64,000 bases of DNA, from the IMG/VR virus record IMGVR_UViG_3300044632_002025; one strand, written 5' to 3'. Both the position numbers and the translations under genes were made by a program. Each line of letters begins with the position of its first letter. Within the stretch, counting starts at the first letter, position 1. Origin of the DNA: a virus. The notes beneath the pieces were generated by a model. The model was not told the DNA's origin. It saw only the letters and a program-made list of their open reading frames with translations, and made no database searches. Positions 40,885 through 49,260 of the stretch are shown here, in pieces.

Positions 40885-41727
40885 TTAATAGTTACTGAAC
40901 CATATATCCTTAAATTCTTCTAAAGCCTTTTCTAATTGTTCCCACACTCCTAAGACCGACTCTCCCCCTTGTTCCCACAGTTCTAAGACAGACTCTCCTC
41001 CTTGTTCTGGAATTACTCTAGACTTAAAGGGGGGGGTTTTCCGTCCGTTCCAGTTAACCCCTAGATTTCCATGTTCTGACTCTAAATGGATTCCTACAGC
41101 ATTAGCGATTAATTTGCGCTTCTGTCCTCCCCATCGCATAGCAAATAGCATATCGGCTCTAGCGGCATTTTGATGGACTGTAGGGTAGGAATTTTCACTA
41201 TTGGGAGCATACCAAGCTTGAAAGAATCCAATGGGGACATAATACCCATCCTTAAAGACACGGGGCATAATCGGGAAACGGTCTAATCTGAGCCAGACTT
41301 CCTGTTCATAAAATACGTTAGGGTCGCTAACATAATCTGTCCATTTATCAAAACCTACTGCACTAACTCGGTCAATACCGTAAATACAATCGGTTTCTAT
41401 AAGCTCTTTTCGGATATGATTCATTGAGCGAGGGGGTAGAACAATATCAGAGTCAAAGTGGACTAGCCAACCGCTTTTAGATAAAATATTAGACTTCAAA
41501 AATTCATCGATTGCCTGGGATTTACCGAAAGTTTGACCCTCAGCAAAAAAAGCTTCAGTAGCATAACACTGAACATGGTGAAAGGAACATACCTCTTGGG
41601 TCTTCAGGTCTTGGGGTGTAGTGAGGACTACCAGATTGTCGAACTGCGGACGATTGAAAAGTAAAGACCAAGACAAAAAATCCGAATAACCAACACAAGT
41701 GGTAAAAGCTTCAACGGGAGAGTACAT
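40885..41727 (-). CDS. putative GT-A-type glycosyltransferase-like protein
   Basis: VVLTTPQD...HFDSDIVLPP (DxD-like). Weak, from the motif only. Confidence 0.35.
   Translation of the reverse strand: MYSPVEAFTTCVGYSDFLSWSLLFNRPQFDNLVVLTTPQDLKTQEVCSFHHVQCYATEAFFAEGQTFGKSQAIDEFLKSNILSKSGWLVHFDSDIVLPPRSMNHIRKELIETDCIYGIDRVSAVGFDKWTDYVSDPNVFYEQEVWLRLDRFPIMPRVFKDGYYVPIGFFQAWYAPNSENSYPTVHQNAARADMLFAMRWGGQKRKLIANAVGIHLESEHGNLGVNWNGRKTPPFKSRVIPEQGGESVLELWEQGGESVLGVWEQLEKALEEFKDIWFSNY
40936..41010. repeat. 33-bp tandem duplication (2.3 copies) at the 3' end of the GT-like gene
   Basis: Encodes EQGGESVLELWEQGGESVLGVWEQ. Confidence 0.8.
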
Positions 41728-41761
41728 ATTTTCTCAGTGGGCAGGGGGATTCAAGAATATT

Positions 41762-41770
41762 TTGGGCGCA
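41762..41770 (-). promoter_or_regulatory. start-associated motif core (TGCGCCCAA on minus strand)
   Basis: 35 nt upstream of ATG 41727. Confidence 0.35.
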
Positions 41771-41783
41771 TACTTTTAGGCAC

Positions 41784-41808
41784 AAAAAAACCACCGGTTA
41801 AGGTGGTT
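41784..41808 (-). terminator. terminator AACCACC-ttaacc-GGTGGTT-T7 (minus strand)
   Basis: Variant of the 42198 and 43014 hairpins. Confidence 0.6.
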
Positions 41809-41831
41809 AAATTTACCGACATCCAAAATCA

Positions 41832-42158
41832 TTACCACACATCAAGCGGCAATCCAGGGTAACGTATTTGAATCCCTAGAGCGTCGCAAGTGAACTGCAA
41901 ACTATCAGATAATGGATGACTTTCTCCAAACAAATAAATGACTTTATGTGTCAGTGGGAAGTATATGTGCAAAATACTGATTAGTCTAATGGCTTTTTCG
42001 GCATTGTAATCTTCTGAGACTATTACCAATTCCTCATCTGTTAAAAAGTCAATAACACCCTCTGGAAGTTTGATAGTTCTTGGGGGAGTTATATACTCTA
42101 GTGCCAAAAAGTCGCAACAATCCTGCTTACTTTTAAACTGTGGGGGTTTGATATTCAT
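41832..42158 (-). CDS. hypothetical protein
   Basis: Intact ORF of 108 aa. Confidence 0.4.
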   Translation of the reverse strand: MNIKPPQFKSKQDCCDFLALEYITPPRTIKLPEGVIDFLTDEELVIVSEDYNAEKAIRLISILHIYFPLTHKVIYLFGESHPLSDSLQFTCDALGIQIRYPGLPLDVW

Positions 42159-42185
42159 GGCTACATGGGTTAAATGTACTTTCTT

Positions 42186-42222
42186 ATTATAGCAACAAAA
42201 AAACCACCCGTCAAGGTGGTTA
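42186..42222 (-). promoter_or_regulatory. fused terminator-promoter cassette (hairpin ACCACC/GGTGGT-T7 whose loop is the -35 TTGACG; -10 TATAAT)
   Basis: Reverse complement reads AACCACCTTGACGGGTGGTTTTTTTGTTGCTATAAT. Confidence 0.6.
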
Positions 42223-42240
42223 ATGTTTTATTTTGTATCG

Positions 42241-42972
42241 TTAACCGTTTATAGTGCTGAAAAATCCTTCTATTGCCTCTCTCACTTCTGGGTGATTTGC
42301 CGGATAAACTGCTATCTCTCGCATTGCCCCGTTGACTAACCGTTTCTCTTGTTGACTTAGTTGACGACAACTCTTTTTAACGTATTTTCCAAGTTGAGAC
42401 CGATTATCATGGGAAGGGTTAAATCCCATTTCTAGTGCAATCTCAACAACTCCTTGCAAGGAATCCCCAGTTAAAGTAGCCTGACTTGGCATTAAATCGG
42501 AAATAGCATGGTCAATTAGAAATTGGGCTAATCGGGGGTTATTTCGAGAAATCAATCCCTCAATTTCCACAACTGCCTTAGCTGTTTCAACAGCAACCTG
42601 ACGAGATGTTAATTTAGGCTGTTCTACATGGTGCAGACTAACTGTGCCAGTTGTGACTAGCGTTTTGATTTGCTGTAGCATCCAGATTTTGAACTTCACC
42701 GAACACCAACCAGCAAACTCTAAAGCGACTTCTTCAATTGCCCATGTTCCAGTAGTTGCAGGTAAGCCCCCAACGTTAGACACCATTACGGGAATCCCCG
42801 CAATGCCCTCAAACTCAGTCAGGAACTCGGTTGTAGCATTTAGTCGATTCCAATCATTAATCCGTTTCCCACTAGCCTTAGCCATATCGGTTAGACAAAC
42901 CCAGACCCGACCTTCACGATTTTCAAAGCGAATGTTGTTGGAGTTGAAATCAAAAACAGATAAATTAGACAT
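42241..42972 (-). CDS. KilA-N/Bro-N-type DNA-binding domain protein
   Basis: LSVFDFNSNNIRF...VWVCLTDMAKASGKRINDWNRLNATTEFLTEF. Confidence 0.6.
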   Translation of the reverse strand: MSNLSVFDFNSNNIRFENREGRVWVCLTDMAKASGKRINDWNRLNATTEFLTEFEGIAGIPVMVSNVGGLPATTGTWAIEEVALEFAGWCSVKFKIWMLQQIKTLVTTGTVSLHHVEQPKLTSRQVAVETAKAVVEIEGLISRNNPRLAQFLIDHAISDLMPSQATLTGDSLQGVVEIALEMGFNPSHDNRSQLGKYVKKSCRQLSQQEKRLVNGAMREIAVYPANHPEVREAIEGFFSTING

Positions 42973-43001
42973 AGTTTAGTCCAGAAATAGGTATCCCGTT
43001 T

Positions 43002-43038
43002 ATTATAGCAACAAAAAAACCACCCGTCAAGGTGGTTT
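43002..43038 (-). promoter_or_regulatory. fused terminator-promoter cassette, second identical copy
   Basis: Same 35-nt sequence as 42186-42222, between the phoH and KilA-N genes. Confidence 0.6.
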
Positions 43039-43065
43039 AATATTTAATTCAGAAGTAACTTTAGA

Positions 43066-43701
43066 TTAACCTAGTGCTTCTAAAATTTTGGCCAGAATTG
43101 GATGGCGAACCGACGTACCCTTCGGAAAGAAAGTTACCCCAACACCTTCCACATCATTCAACCGGTTTGCGGCAATTGGTAAATAGGCTTCAGTTTTCAA
43201 ACTACATTGGGTGGGGTCTCCGATAATACAGAGCTTTGAACCGTGTGCAATTCTAGTTACCACGGCTTTAAACAGACGTTCAGTAGCGTCCTCAGCCTCA
43301 TCAAAAATAATAAAGGTATTAGACAAACTAGCTCCTTTAATATTACCGATGTGGCTAATTTCTATAGTAGAACGGAGCTTCTGGAAATCTTTAGGGTGGG
43401 CAATTTCAGAAAGATTAGTCCATAGGGGAGTTCCCAATGAATCTACTTTTTCCCCATAATCACCTGGCATAGCCCCAATATCAACCTCATCCCTGTCTCT
43501 TACAAACGGTCTTACATATAAAACACTATTAATGGGGTCATCTGGATTATTAAGAGCTAAAAGGGCGGAATACATCGCAATCAGAGTCTTACCAGTACCA
43601 GCCTCACCAACACCAATAGAAATGGTATTTGTCCGTAAAGACCGTAGAAACTGTTCTTGATAGCGGTTCTTGGGTTTCAATCCGTGGGCAATATTGACCA
43701 T
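43066..43701 (-). CDS. phoH: PhoH-like ATPase
   Basis: Walker A GEAGTGKT, Walker B FIIFDEAED, 211 aa. Confidence 0.75.
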   Translation of the reverse strand: MVNIAHGLKPKNRYQEQFLRSLRTNTISIGVGEAGTGKTLIAMYSALLALNNPDDPINSVLYVRPFVRDRDEVDIGAMPGDYGEKVDSLGTPLWTNLSEIAHPKDFQKLRSTIEISHIGNIKGASLSNTFIIFDEAEDATERLFKAVVTRIAHGSKLCIIGDPTQCSLKTEAYLPIAANRLNDVEGVGVTFFPKGTSVRHPILAKILEALG

Positions 43702-43724
43702 GTTGTTTTTATGGTTGTTAGTGA

Positions 43725-44297
43725 CTAAATGTTTTCAACGGAATCGGGGGCTAATTCAGCACTAGCCTCAATCTGATTTGGGGCGGGTTCTAGGAATTGA
43801 GGGTAAACAGCGACATCAACATAGTCTTCTTCACTGACTACTTCAGTAGCACCCTCTACCATAAACATGATGGCAGTAAGTTGTTTATGTGCTTCCAAAG
43901 AGGCAGAAAGATTTTTAGAAACTAATTCGATAACATCACCCCGACCAGTAACTTTTTGGTCACTGTAGCCAGACTTACCCATATCCATTACCTCGGCCAA
44001 GAACTGAACCCGGGAATATAAAGTAGCATACTTTAACTCCTTTAATTCCATGCCCATTTTGACGGCTTCAGCCCCGCCCTTCCGGTATTTAGCAACCAAA
44101 TTAGGTTCAGCCTCAATAACTCTGACTACTAAATCCTCATTAATATCCAAAGGAGTTATCTTCCGATTTACCCTTCGACAGATTTCCGAGAATGAGTATT
44201 CAGGGTAGCAACCCTTATAGAAACAAATAGCCTCCTTTACTAAATCTGGTAGACTTCCCTCCGTATTTACCACAATATCTTTTTTAGACCTGGACAT
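43725..44297 (-). CDS. hypothetical protein (possible small terminase-like, unproven)
   Basis: Intact ORF of 190 aa. Confidence 0.35.
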   Translation of the reverse strand: MSRSKKDIVVNTEGSLPDLVKEAICFYKGCYPEYSFSEICRRVNRKITPLDINEDLVVRVIEAEPNLVAKYRKGGAEAVKMGMELKELKYATLYSRVQFLAEVMDMGKSGYSDQKVTGRGDVIELVSKNLSASLEAHKQLTAIMFMVEGATEVVSEEDYVDVAVYPQFLEPAPNQIEASAELAPDSVENI

Positions 44298-44599
44298 TAA
44301 ATAGCCCCCATTAAATCAGAAGTCCAAGATTTACCCGTAAATTTCTTGGGGACTTTGGTTTTAATCCGGGGGAAACCTGCTCTACCAGCAATCATATTGC
44401 GGAGATTTTCTTTTTCCTCTGGTTCACCAAATCCAGAACCTAACGCAACAGCATCGGTCATGTCAAGAATGTCCCTAGCCCGATGTTTATAATGACCAGC
44501 TAAAGCATTCATGACTTCCCAATGTGGCATAGATAGTAATTGTTTACGGCTAATTCCCATTTTGTAAAATACGGGTAAAACATCGATTAGAGTTTCCAC
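44297..44599 (-). CDS. hypothetical protein
   Basis: Intact ORF coupled to its neighbour. Confidence 0.4.
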   Translation of the reverse strand: METLIDVLPVFYKMGISRKQLLSMPHWEVMNALAGHYKHRARDILDMTDAVALGSGFGEPEEKENLRNMIAGRAGFPRIKTKVPKKFTGKSWTSDLMGAI

Positions 44600-44607
44600 A
44601 TAGAGAT

Positions 44608-45171
44608 TTACTCTTGCTCGATTTTGGAATCCAAAGGGACATCTAATTCCTCCTGTTGAACGGGGGTAACACCATCCTGTTCTGGTGTTTGCCCAATTTC
44701 ATCCAGTAGTGTTTGTAAATGGTTATAAATACCCATGATGGTTTTAGAGCGTAATCTTTTAAAGGTTCCTACTGGTTGGCCAAGCAGTGCCTCAATCATT
44801 TTTCGAGCGGGGGCTAACATCTGGGCTTCCAATTTAGCTTTCCGTACAGCATCTTTGGCATCTTTGGTCTGTACTAGCACCACAGTACCATTTTCATCTT
44901 CTTGTCCAAAAATATTAATGTAGGCATCCATAGCCTCGCTCCGTCCAGCAAAATAGGCAATATACTGTTCTTCTAAAAGATTCTCTGGGCTAGTTACCTG
45001 ATAGGTCTTACCATTTACAGTTACTTCACCCAAAGGCTCAGTGTCATCTAAGAACTGGGGGATAATCTTTTCGTCAATAAGGGTCATAAACTTTTTTATT
45101 TGTGTGACTACACTCTCAAATTGGGCGTATTTGTCTGGATAGACTGCGAGATTATGAAGATTAAGTTTCAT
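44608..45171 (-). CDS. hypothetical protein (alternative start at 45087)
   Basis: Intact ORF. A start-associated motif sits inside the first 17 codons. Confidence 0.4.
   Translation of the reverse strand: MKLNLHNLAVYPDKYAQFESVVTQIKKFMTLIDEKIIPQFLDDTEPLGEVTVNGKTYQVTSPENLLEEQYIAYFAGRSEAMDAYINIFGQEDENGTVVLVQTKDAKDAVRKAKLEAQMLAPARKMIEALLGQPVGTFKRLRSKTIMGIYNHLQTLLDEIGQTPEQDGVTPVQQEELDVPLDSKIEQE
45121..45135 (-). promoter_or_regulatory. start-associated motif variant (GACAAATACGCCCAA on minus strand)
   Basis: 34 nt upstream of internal Met codon 45087. Confidence 0.3.
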
Positions 45172-45278
45172 GAAGTTAACGAGAATTTAATCGTAAAACC
45201 CAGTGGTTGATTTTTTATTTGTACCTAAAGTCGGGATTGCAGGCATATTATATGTGAGACCTATAAGGACTAAAAACT

Positions 45279-46184
45279 ATGTCTGAATTTACCAACGCCC
45301 CTATTATTGTTAACGACTTTAGGGTAGCAGTGTACCAGATTTACCATCAGTACCAGTTTATTAAAGCCAATCTTCCTGCCGCTACTGCCTCAACTTGGTT
45401 AAAGGCTACATGGGCTATTACATTGAATCGGGGGTTTACTGGTCTTCCTTATTTCCCCCATACAGTGGTGGTAGTAGATGATAGTAGCCCTTACTGGAGA
45501 GAAGCCTACCTTAGAGAGAGAGGATTCCCAGAGTATAAAGGTGGTAGACCCTCTAAAACCGATGAATGGTATGAGGTCAACCAAGCTGGGTTAGATTATG
45601 TAACTGCCCCTAACAGCCCTATTCACTATTTAAGATTCCCCCAATTTGAGGCAGATGATATAGCCTCTGCCATTGTAAGAAGCAAAAGTAATAGACTGGT
45701 TTTTCTCCACACGATAGACTCTGACTGGATGGGTTTGGTTAACAATGGTGTCCTCAACAGTATGACCTTAGACCAAGCCCTATTGGAACCCTTTGTGGAA
45801 CCCACCTCTCTCTGGGTCAGTATGGCGCAATGGACTCCTCGGTTCCGTGATGAGGCGGGTGTATTTGCTCACACCTTAAAACGGGAAAAACGTAAAATTG
45901 ACTCTCCCCCCCAAATTTGGGATATAAAAGTTGAAAAAGGCGATAAGAGTGATAATCTCATCAAAGGTAGTCCTATCGAAGTGATTAATCTACTCAATCC
46001 CCCTCCTGAATTTGATATTTTACAAAGAGCTAACTACGCACCACAGGTACGTCAAGTGGTTAACTCCGGTGAACCCAATTCTAGTTTTAAGCACCTGAAG
46101 AAAGCCCACGACTGGTTTGTTGAATCTGGTCAAAGAGTAACAGTACATGGGTACTATGACTTTTTAAGTCCAGAGTTGACTTGA
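45279..46184 (+). CDS. 5'-3' exonuclease / flap endonuclease-like protein
   Basis: VVVDDSSPYWR...YKGGR...FEADDIASAIV resembles the PIN-like 5' nuclease motifs. Confidence 0.55.
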   Translation: MSEFTNAPIIVNDFRVAVYQIYHQYQFIKANLPAATASTWLKATWAITLNRGFTGLPYFPHTVVVVDDSSPYWREAYLRERGFPEYKGGRPSKTDEWYEVNQAGLDYVTAPNSPIHYLRFPQFEADDIASAIVRSKSNRLVFLHTIDSDWMGLVNNGVLNSMTLDQALLEPFVEPTSLWVSMAQWTPRFRDEAGVFAHTLKREKRKIDSPPQIWDIKVEKGDKSDNLIKGSPIEVINLLNPPPEFDILQRANYAPQVRQVVNSGEPNSSFKHLKKAHDWFVESGQRVTVHGYYDFLSPELT

Positions 46185-46209
46185 CAGACTTCGCTCAAAC
46201 TGTTATACT
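46181..46209 (+). promoter_or_regulatory. promoter TTGACA-N17-TATACT
   Basis: Overlaps the stop of the exonuclease gene. Confidence 0.6.
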
Positions 46210-46233
46210 GGAGTTAACCTTCAGGATTCAACC

Positions 46234-46497
46234 ATGTACATTATAATTACACCGTGCGAAACATATCAAACCCCAGTTTTGACAGAGGTTGAGCAACAAG
46301 GTCTGGAAAGTGGTGAGTACACCATACTCAAGGTAATCTTCGATGGCTCTGATGAAGTAGTCCATCTAGATTGGACGGTACTCCAGGATTGGATTGAACA
46401 GAAAAAACAGGAAAAAAGAAATAACCTAAACCCCTTGACATCTAATCTACTCTCTGTTATACTGGGGTTATTAACCCAACAAAAACTGGTTAAGTGA
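46234..46497 (+). CDS. hypothetical protein; its last ~25 codons are a translated promoter cassette
   Basis: Intact ORF. The 3' end coincides with cassette copy 2. Confidence 0.35.
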   Translation: MYIIITPCETYQTPVLTEVEQQGLESGEYTILKVIFDGSDEVVHLDWTVLQDWIEQKKQEKRNNLNPLTSNLLSVILGLLTQQKLVK

Positions 46498-46549
46498 GAA
46501 CCAAGCTTAATCAATCAGGGTTAAACCCCCTTTAACTAGGGTAAAGCGG
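46430..46549 (+). repeat. promoter-leader cassette copy 2 (promoter 46435-46463)
   Basis: CCCCTTGACATCTAATCTACTCTCTGTTATACTGGGGTTA..ACCCAACAAAAACTGGTTAAGTGAGAACCAAGCTTAATCAATCAGGGTTAAACCCCCTTTAACTAGGGTAAA. Confidence 0.85.
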
Positions 46550-46584
46550 CAGAGAAAAGCCTAAAAAGAATTTTCTCAAACCCC

Positions 46585-46613
46585 TTGACACCTAATATAC
46601 CTTCTGTTATACT
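46585..46613 (+). promoter_or_regulatory. promoter TTGACA-N17-TATACT
   Basis: CCCCTTGACACCTAATATACCTTCTGTTATACTAGGG. Confidence 0.65.
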
Positions 46614-46660
46614 AGGGTTAACCCAACAAAAACCAAATCTAAACAAAACCCAACAAATTT

Positions 46661-47575
46661 ATGACAACCTCAACTGCACAAGTACCCTCCGTAGTTTCCT
46701 TTGATGAAGTAATTTCCTTATACTCTGGTAAGCTTTGGGACAAGGTTTATACCAATGTTCCAAACTCTAAGATTGGACGTACCTTAACCACCCAACTCAG
46801 TTACATTTTAAACCAAGTTGGTGAAAAGTTCGACCCAGATGGCTCCATTCTGACAGTAAAAGCGGAAAATGGGGTGTTCAAAGCACTCTATAGCCCCACC
46901 CTTTATAAAGTTTCTAACACATTATTGCGGGGTTCGGCATACGCAAAAGCAAACCCCAGCTTGTTTGAAGACGAACCTGCTGAAAACGGTGAAACTGGTT
47001 ACAACCTAGGAGTTCGTTTCAGTCAAACCTTGTTCGTACCCTACATGGCTTTCGCCAATATCGAAGGCATCGCATCCATGCCTTCCGACAGTGGCATCAC
47101 CATTGTCCTTCCCGAAAGCGAAGCGTTCCCCGAAGGTTTGACCTTTGACTTGACCGCACGTTTTACTGAAGCCGACATGGAAAAACGTAAAAACGATTCC
47201 ATAAAAATGCGTCGGGCATTCACAAAAGGTACTTTCTTTACTTATTTGGCTGAACCCCCGACTGGTGGTGGTTCTGCTACACCCCTCCGTGATTTGGAAG
47301 ACGGTACAGAATACACTATCGTAGGGTATGAATTTAAAGAAAGTGACAATGGTGGATTTTTCACCCTCACCACTGAAGATGGTATGAAGATTATGTCCAA
47401 CAAAGCCATTGCCCGTACTCTTGAGGCTGGCCCGGTAGTCACCCCTACTAAAACCTGCTTACTCCGAGTAGTAAACAAAACAAAAATGGCAAATGGAAAT
47501 ACTAAGGTTAATGCGTCTCTAGTCGTACCCTCTGAGAATTTCCCCAGCCGTGGAGACATCGACCTAGATTGGTAG
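46661..47575 (+). CDS. hypothetical protein (304 aa)
   Basis: Intact ORF behind two tandem promoters. Confidence 0.45.
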   Translation: MTTSTAQVPSVVSFDEVISLYSGKLWDKVYTNVPNSKIGRTLTTQLSYILNQVGEKFDPDGSILTVKAENGVFKALYSPTLYKVSNTLLRGSAYAKANPSLFEDEPAENGETGYNLGVRFSQTLFVPYMAFANIEGIASMPSDSGITIVLPESEAFPEGLTFDLTARFTEADMEKRKNDSIKMRRAFTKGTFFTYLAEPPTGGGSATPLRDLEDGTEYTIVGYEFKESDNGGFFTLTTEDGMKIMSNKAIARTLEAGPVVTPTKTCLLRVVNKTKMANGNTKVNASLVVPSENFPSRGDIDLDW

Positions 47576-47628
47576 GCATTTTTACCTAATCCGAAGGGGG
47601 GTACAAAGCCCCCTTCACCATCTCTTTA

Positions 47629-47895
47629 ATGGAAATACTGGAGTCTAAAATGTCTGAGAATTTGATGCGGAAAGCTTTAGAAATTGTAAAGAGTTTCGAC
47701 ACGGAAGCCGAACGTTCCCAAGGGTTAGTGGCGTTAGCCCCTAATTTACCCCCAGAACTAATACCCGAAGCCATAGAACTTGCTGAGGGTATCAAAAAAG
47801 AGGACTTACGATTTCATGCTTTGGTAGCTTTAAGAGTCACTCTACCTTTGAAAGCATTAGCCCCTTACTTGGCTTTGGCTAAAGTAACCCCTTGA
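47629..47895 (+). CDS. hypothetical protein
   Basis: Intact ORF of 88 aa. Confidence 0.35.
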   Translation: MEILESKMSENLMRKALEIVKSFDTEAERSQGLVALAPNLPPELIPEAIELAEGIKKEDLRFHALVALRVTLPLKALAPYLALAKVTP

Positions 47896-47920
47896 CATCT
47901 AATCTACTCTCTGTCATACA
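47892..47920 (+). promoter_or_regulatory. promoter TTGACA-N17-CATACA (same spacer as the cassette promoters)
   Basis: CCCCTTGACATCTAATCTACTCTCTGTCATACAGGG. Confidence 0.5.
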
Positions 47921-47971
47921 GGGAGTAACCGTCCAACACAAAGTTGACCCGTTAAAACAAACACTTTACCC

Positions 47972-48259
47972 TTGGGGAACATTATGGTATCAGAAATGAA
48001 TGAACTCCTTCCCACCGATTGCGGTGACTGTGAGTGCGATGATTTGGGATGTGATTTTAAGGATGACGAAGAATCTGACTTCGAGTGTAAGTTTCCTACC
48101 GAGTTTGACCTAAATACAGGTCTGCTTTATGATAATGTTCAAAACACTATTGACTCATTAACCACCGTACTCCGTAATCATCAGCTAGAATATGAGGAGG
48201 TTGATGTATATTCTGAATTGTTACGTCAACTTTATGTAGTTTTCCAAACTTTAGGCTAG
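47972..48259 (+). CDS. hypothetical acidic Cys-containing protein
   Basis: Intact ORF. ATG 47984 is the likelier start. Confidence 0.35.
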   Translation: MGNIMVSEMNELLPTDCGDCECDDLGCDFKDDEESDFECKFPTEFDLNTGLLYDNVQNTIDSLTTVLRNHQLEYEEVDVYSELLRQLYVVFQTLG

Positions 48260-48271
48260 AACTCTAACCAC

Positions 48272-48282
48272 TTAACGCCCAA
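48272..48282 (+). promoter_or_regulatory. start-associated motif core TTAACGCCCAA
   Basis: 42 nt upstream of the endolysin ATG. Confidence 0.45.
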
Positions 48283-48323
48283 GTCCAGATTTAGACCCTT
48301 GTTTAATCTGGACTTGATTTTTT
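48281..48323 (+). terminator. terminator-like hairpin AAGTCCAGATT-N13-AATCTGGACTT-gaT6 abutting the endolysin ATG
   Basis: 11-bp perfect stem and a T-run ending at 48323. ATG at 48324. Confidence 0.6.
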
Positions 48324-49166
48324 ATGACCTTGAATCCTGCTAAAACCGTTACCTTTGACCAGCTAAAAGCTGATTCAGAGACTTTAAAAGACTTACAGAC
48401 AGAACTAGCCAGAATAGGCTTTTATAAATTAGAAATTGACGGTATTTGGGGGGAAGGGACAGAACTAGCCCTTAAACAAGCCTCTGAGAAATATAAACTT
48501 AATAATTTTGAAAAACAAGTTATCGGTAAGAGTTTCATCACAAAACTGTTGGCAGATACTGCTAAACCGGCGGATACCCTTAAATACGATTTGAGTCCAG
48601 TGGCGGAGGCAGATTTTCAAGCCTTGGCTAAAAGTCTTAATCTAGAGGTCGCCCTATTGAAAGCAGTTGCCGAAGTTGAATCTTCTGGTCGAGGACTTCA
48701 GGATGATGGCAGACCCGTCGTTAGATTTGAATCCCACGTTTTCTCTAGTATGACTAACCGTAAATTTGATTCTTCCCATCCTAAACTCTCTACTCGCAAA
48801 TACTCTCCCTTATTGAACTCCCGTAGTTCTGAGGGGGAATACCTACGCTTAGAGGCGGCTATGCTTTTAGACCGGGAAGCGGCATTACAATCAGCATCCT
48901 TTGGGGCTTTCCAGATTATGGGATTCAACTATGAAGTGGTTGGCTACCCTACAGTTGAAGAATTTTTCCAAGCCATGCACAGCCCTAAAGACCAGTTAAA
49001 AGCTTTAGGGCAGTTTTTAGTTCGTAATGCTTTGGTGGTTTCCCTAAGACGAAAAGATTTTAAAGGGTTTGCTCGTTCTTATAATGGCCCGGCTTACAAC
49101 CAACATCGCCCACCTTATGATGAGCGTATCCGTACTGCATACGAAAAACATTTGAAAAACATTTGA
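48324..49166 (+). CDS. endolysin: peptidoglycan-binding domain plus N-acetylmuramidase (DUF3380-like) domain
   Basis: LARIGFYKLEIDGIWGEGTELALKQ, then FGAFQIMGFNY...FARSYNGPAYNQHRPPYDERI. Confidence 0.75.
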   Translation: MTLNPAKTVTFDQLKADSETLKDLQTELARIGFYKLEIDGIWGEGTELALKQASEKYKLNNFEKQVIGKSFITKLLADTAKPADTLKYDLSPVAEADFQALAKSLNLEVALLKAVAEVESSGRGLQDDGRPVVRFESHVFSSMTNRKFDSSHPKLSTRKYSPLLNSRSSEGEYLRLEAAMLLDREAALQSASFGAFQIMGFNYEVVGYPTVEEFFQAMHSPKDQLKALGQFLVRNALVVSLRRKDFKGFARSYNGPAYNQHRPPYDERIRTAYEKHLKNI

Positions 49167-49197
49167 AAACTAAAGTAAAACCACTTTAAATCAGCCC

Positions 49198-49226
49198 TTG
49201 ACAATTCTGGGGGGGTCTGTTACACT
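49198..49226 (+). promoter_or_regulatory. promoter TTGACA-N17-TACACT
   Basis: Coincides with the track's TTG start, so the gene start was moved to ATG 49261. Confidence 0.55.
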
Positions 49227-49260
49227 GGGTTCAACAAGGACAAGTAATCTGCGGCCAGTG

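Noticed and set aside
42170-42370. Minus-strand ORF of 66 aa overlapping the 3' end of the KilA-N gene
   Set aside because: It is in an alternative frame of a supported gene, and its N-terminus is the translated terminator-promoter cassette.
49198-49260. TTG start of the helicase ORF at 49198, and ATG 53311 of the triple-repeat ORF
   Set aside because: These codons coincide with a -35 hexamer and with the start-associated motif respectively. Downstream ATGs (49261, 53347) give normal leader lengths.
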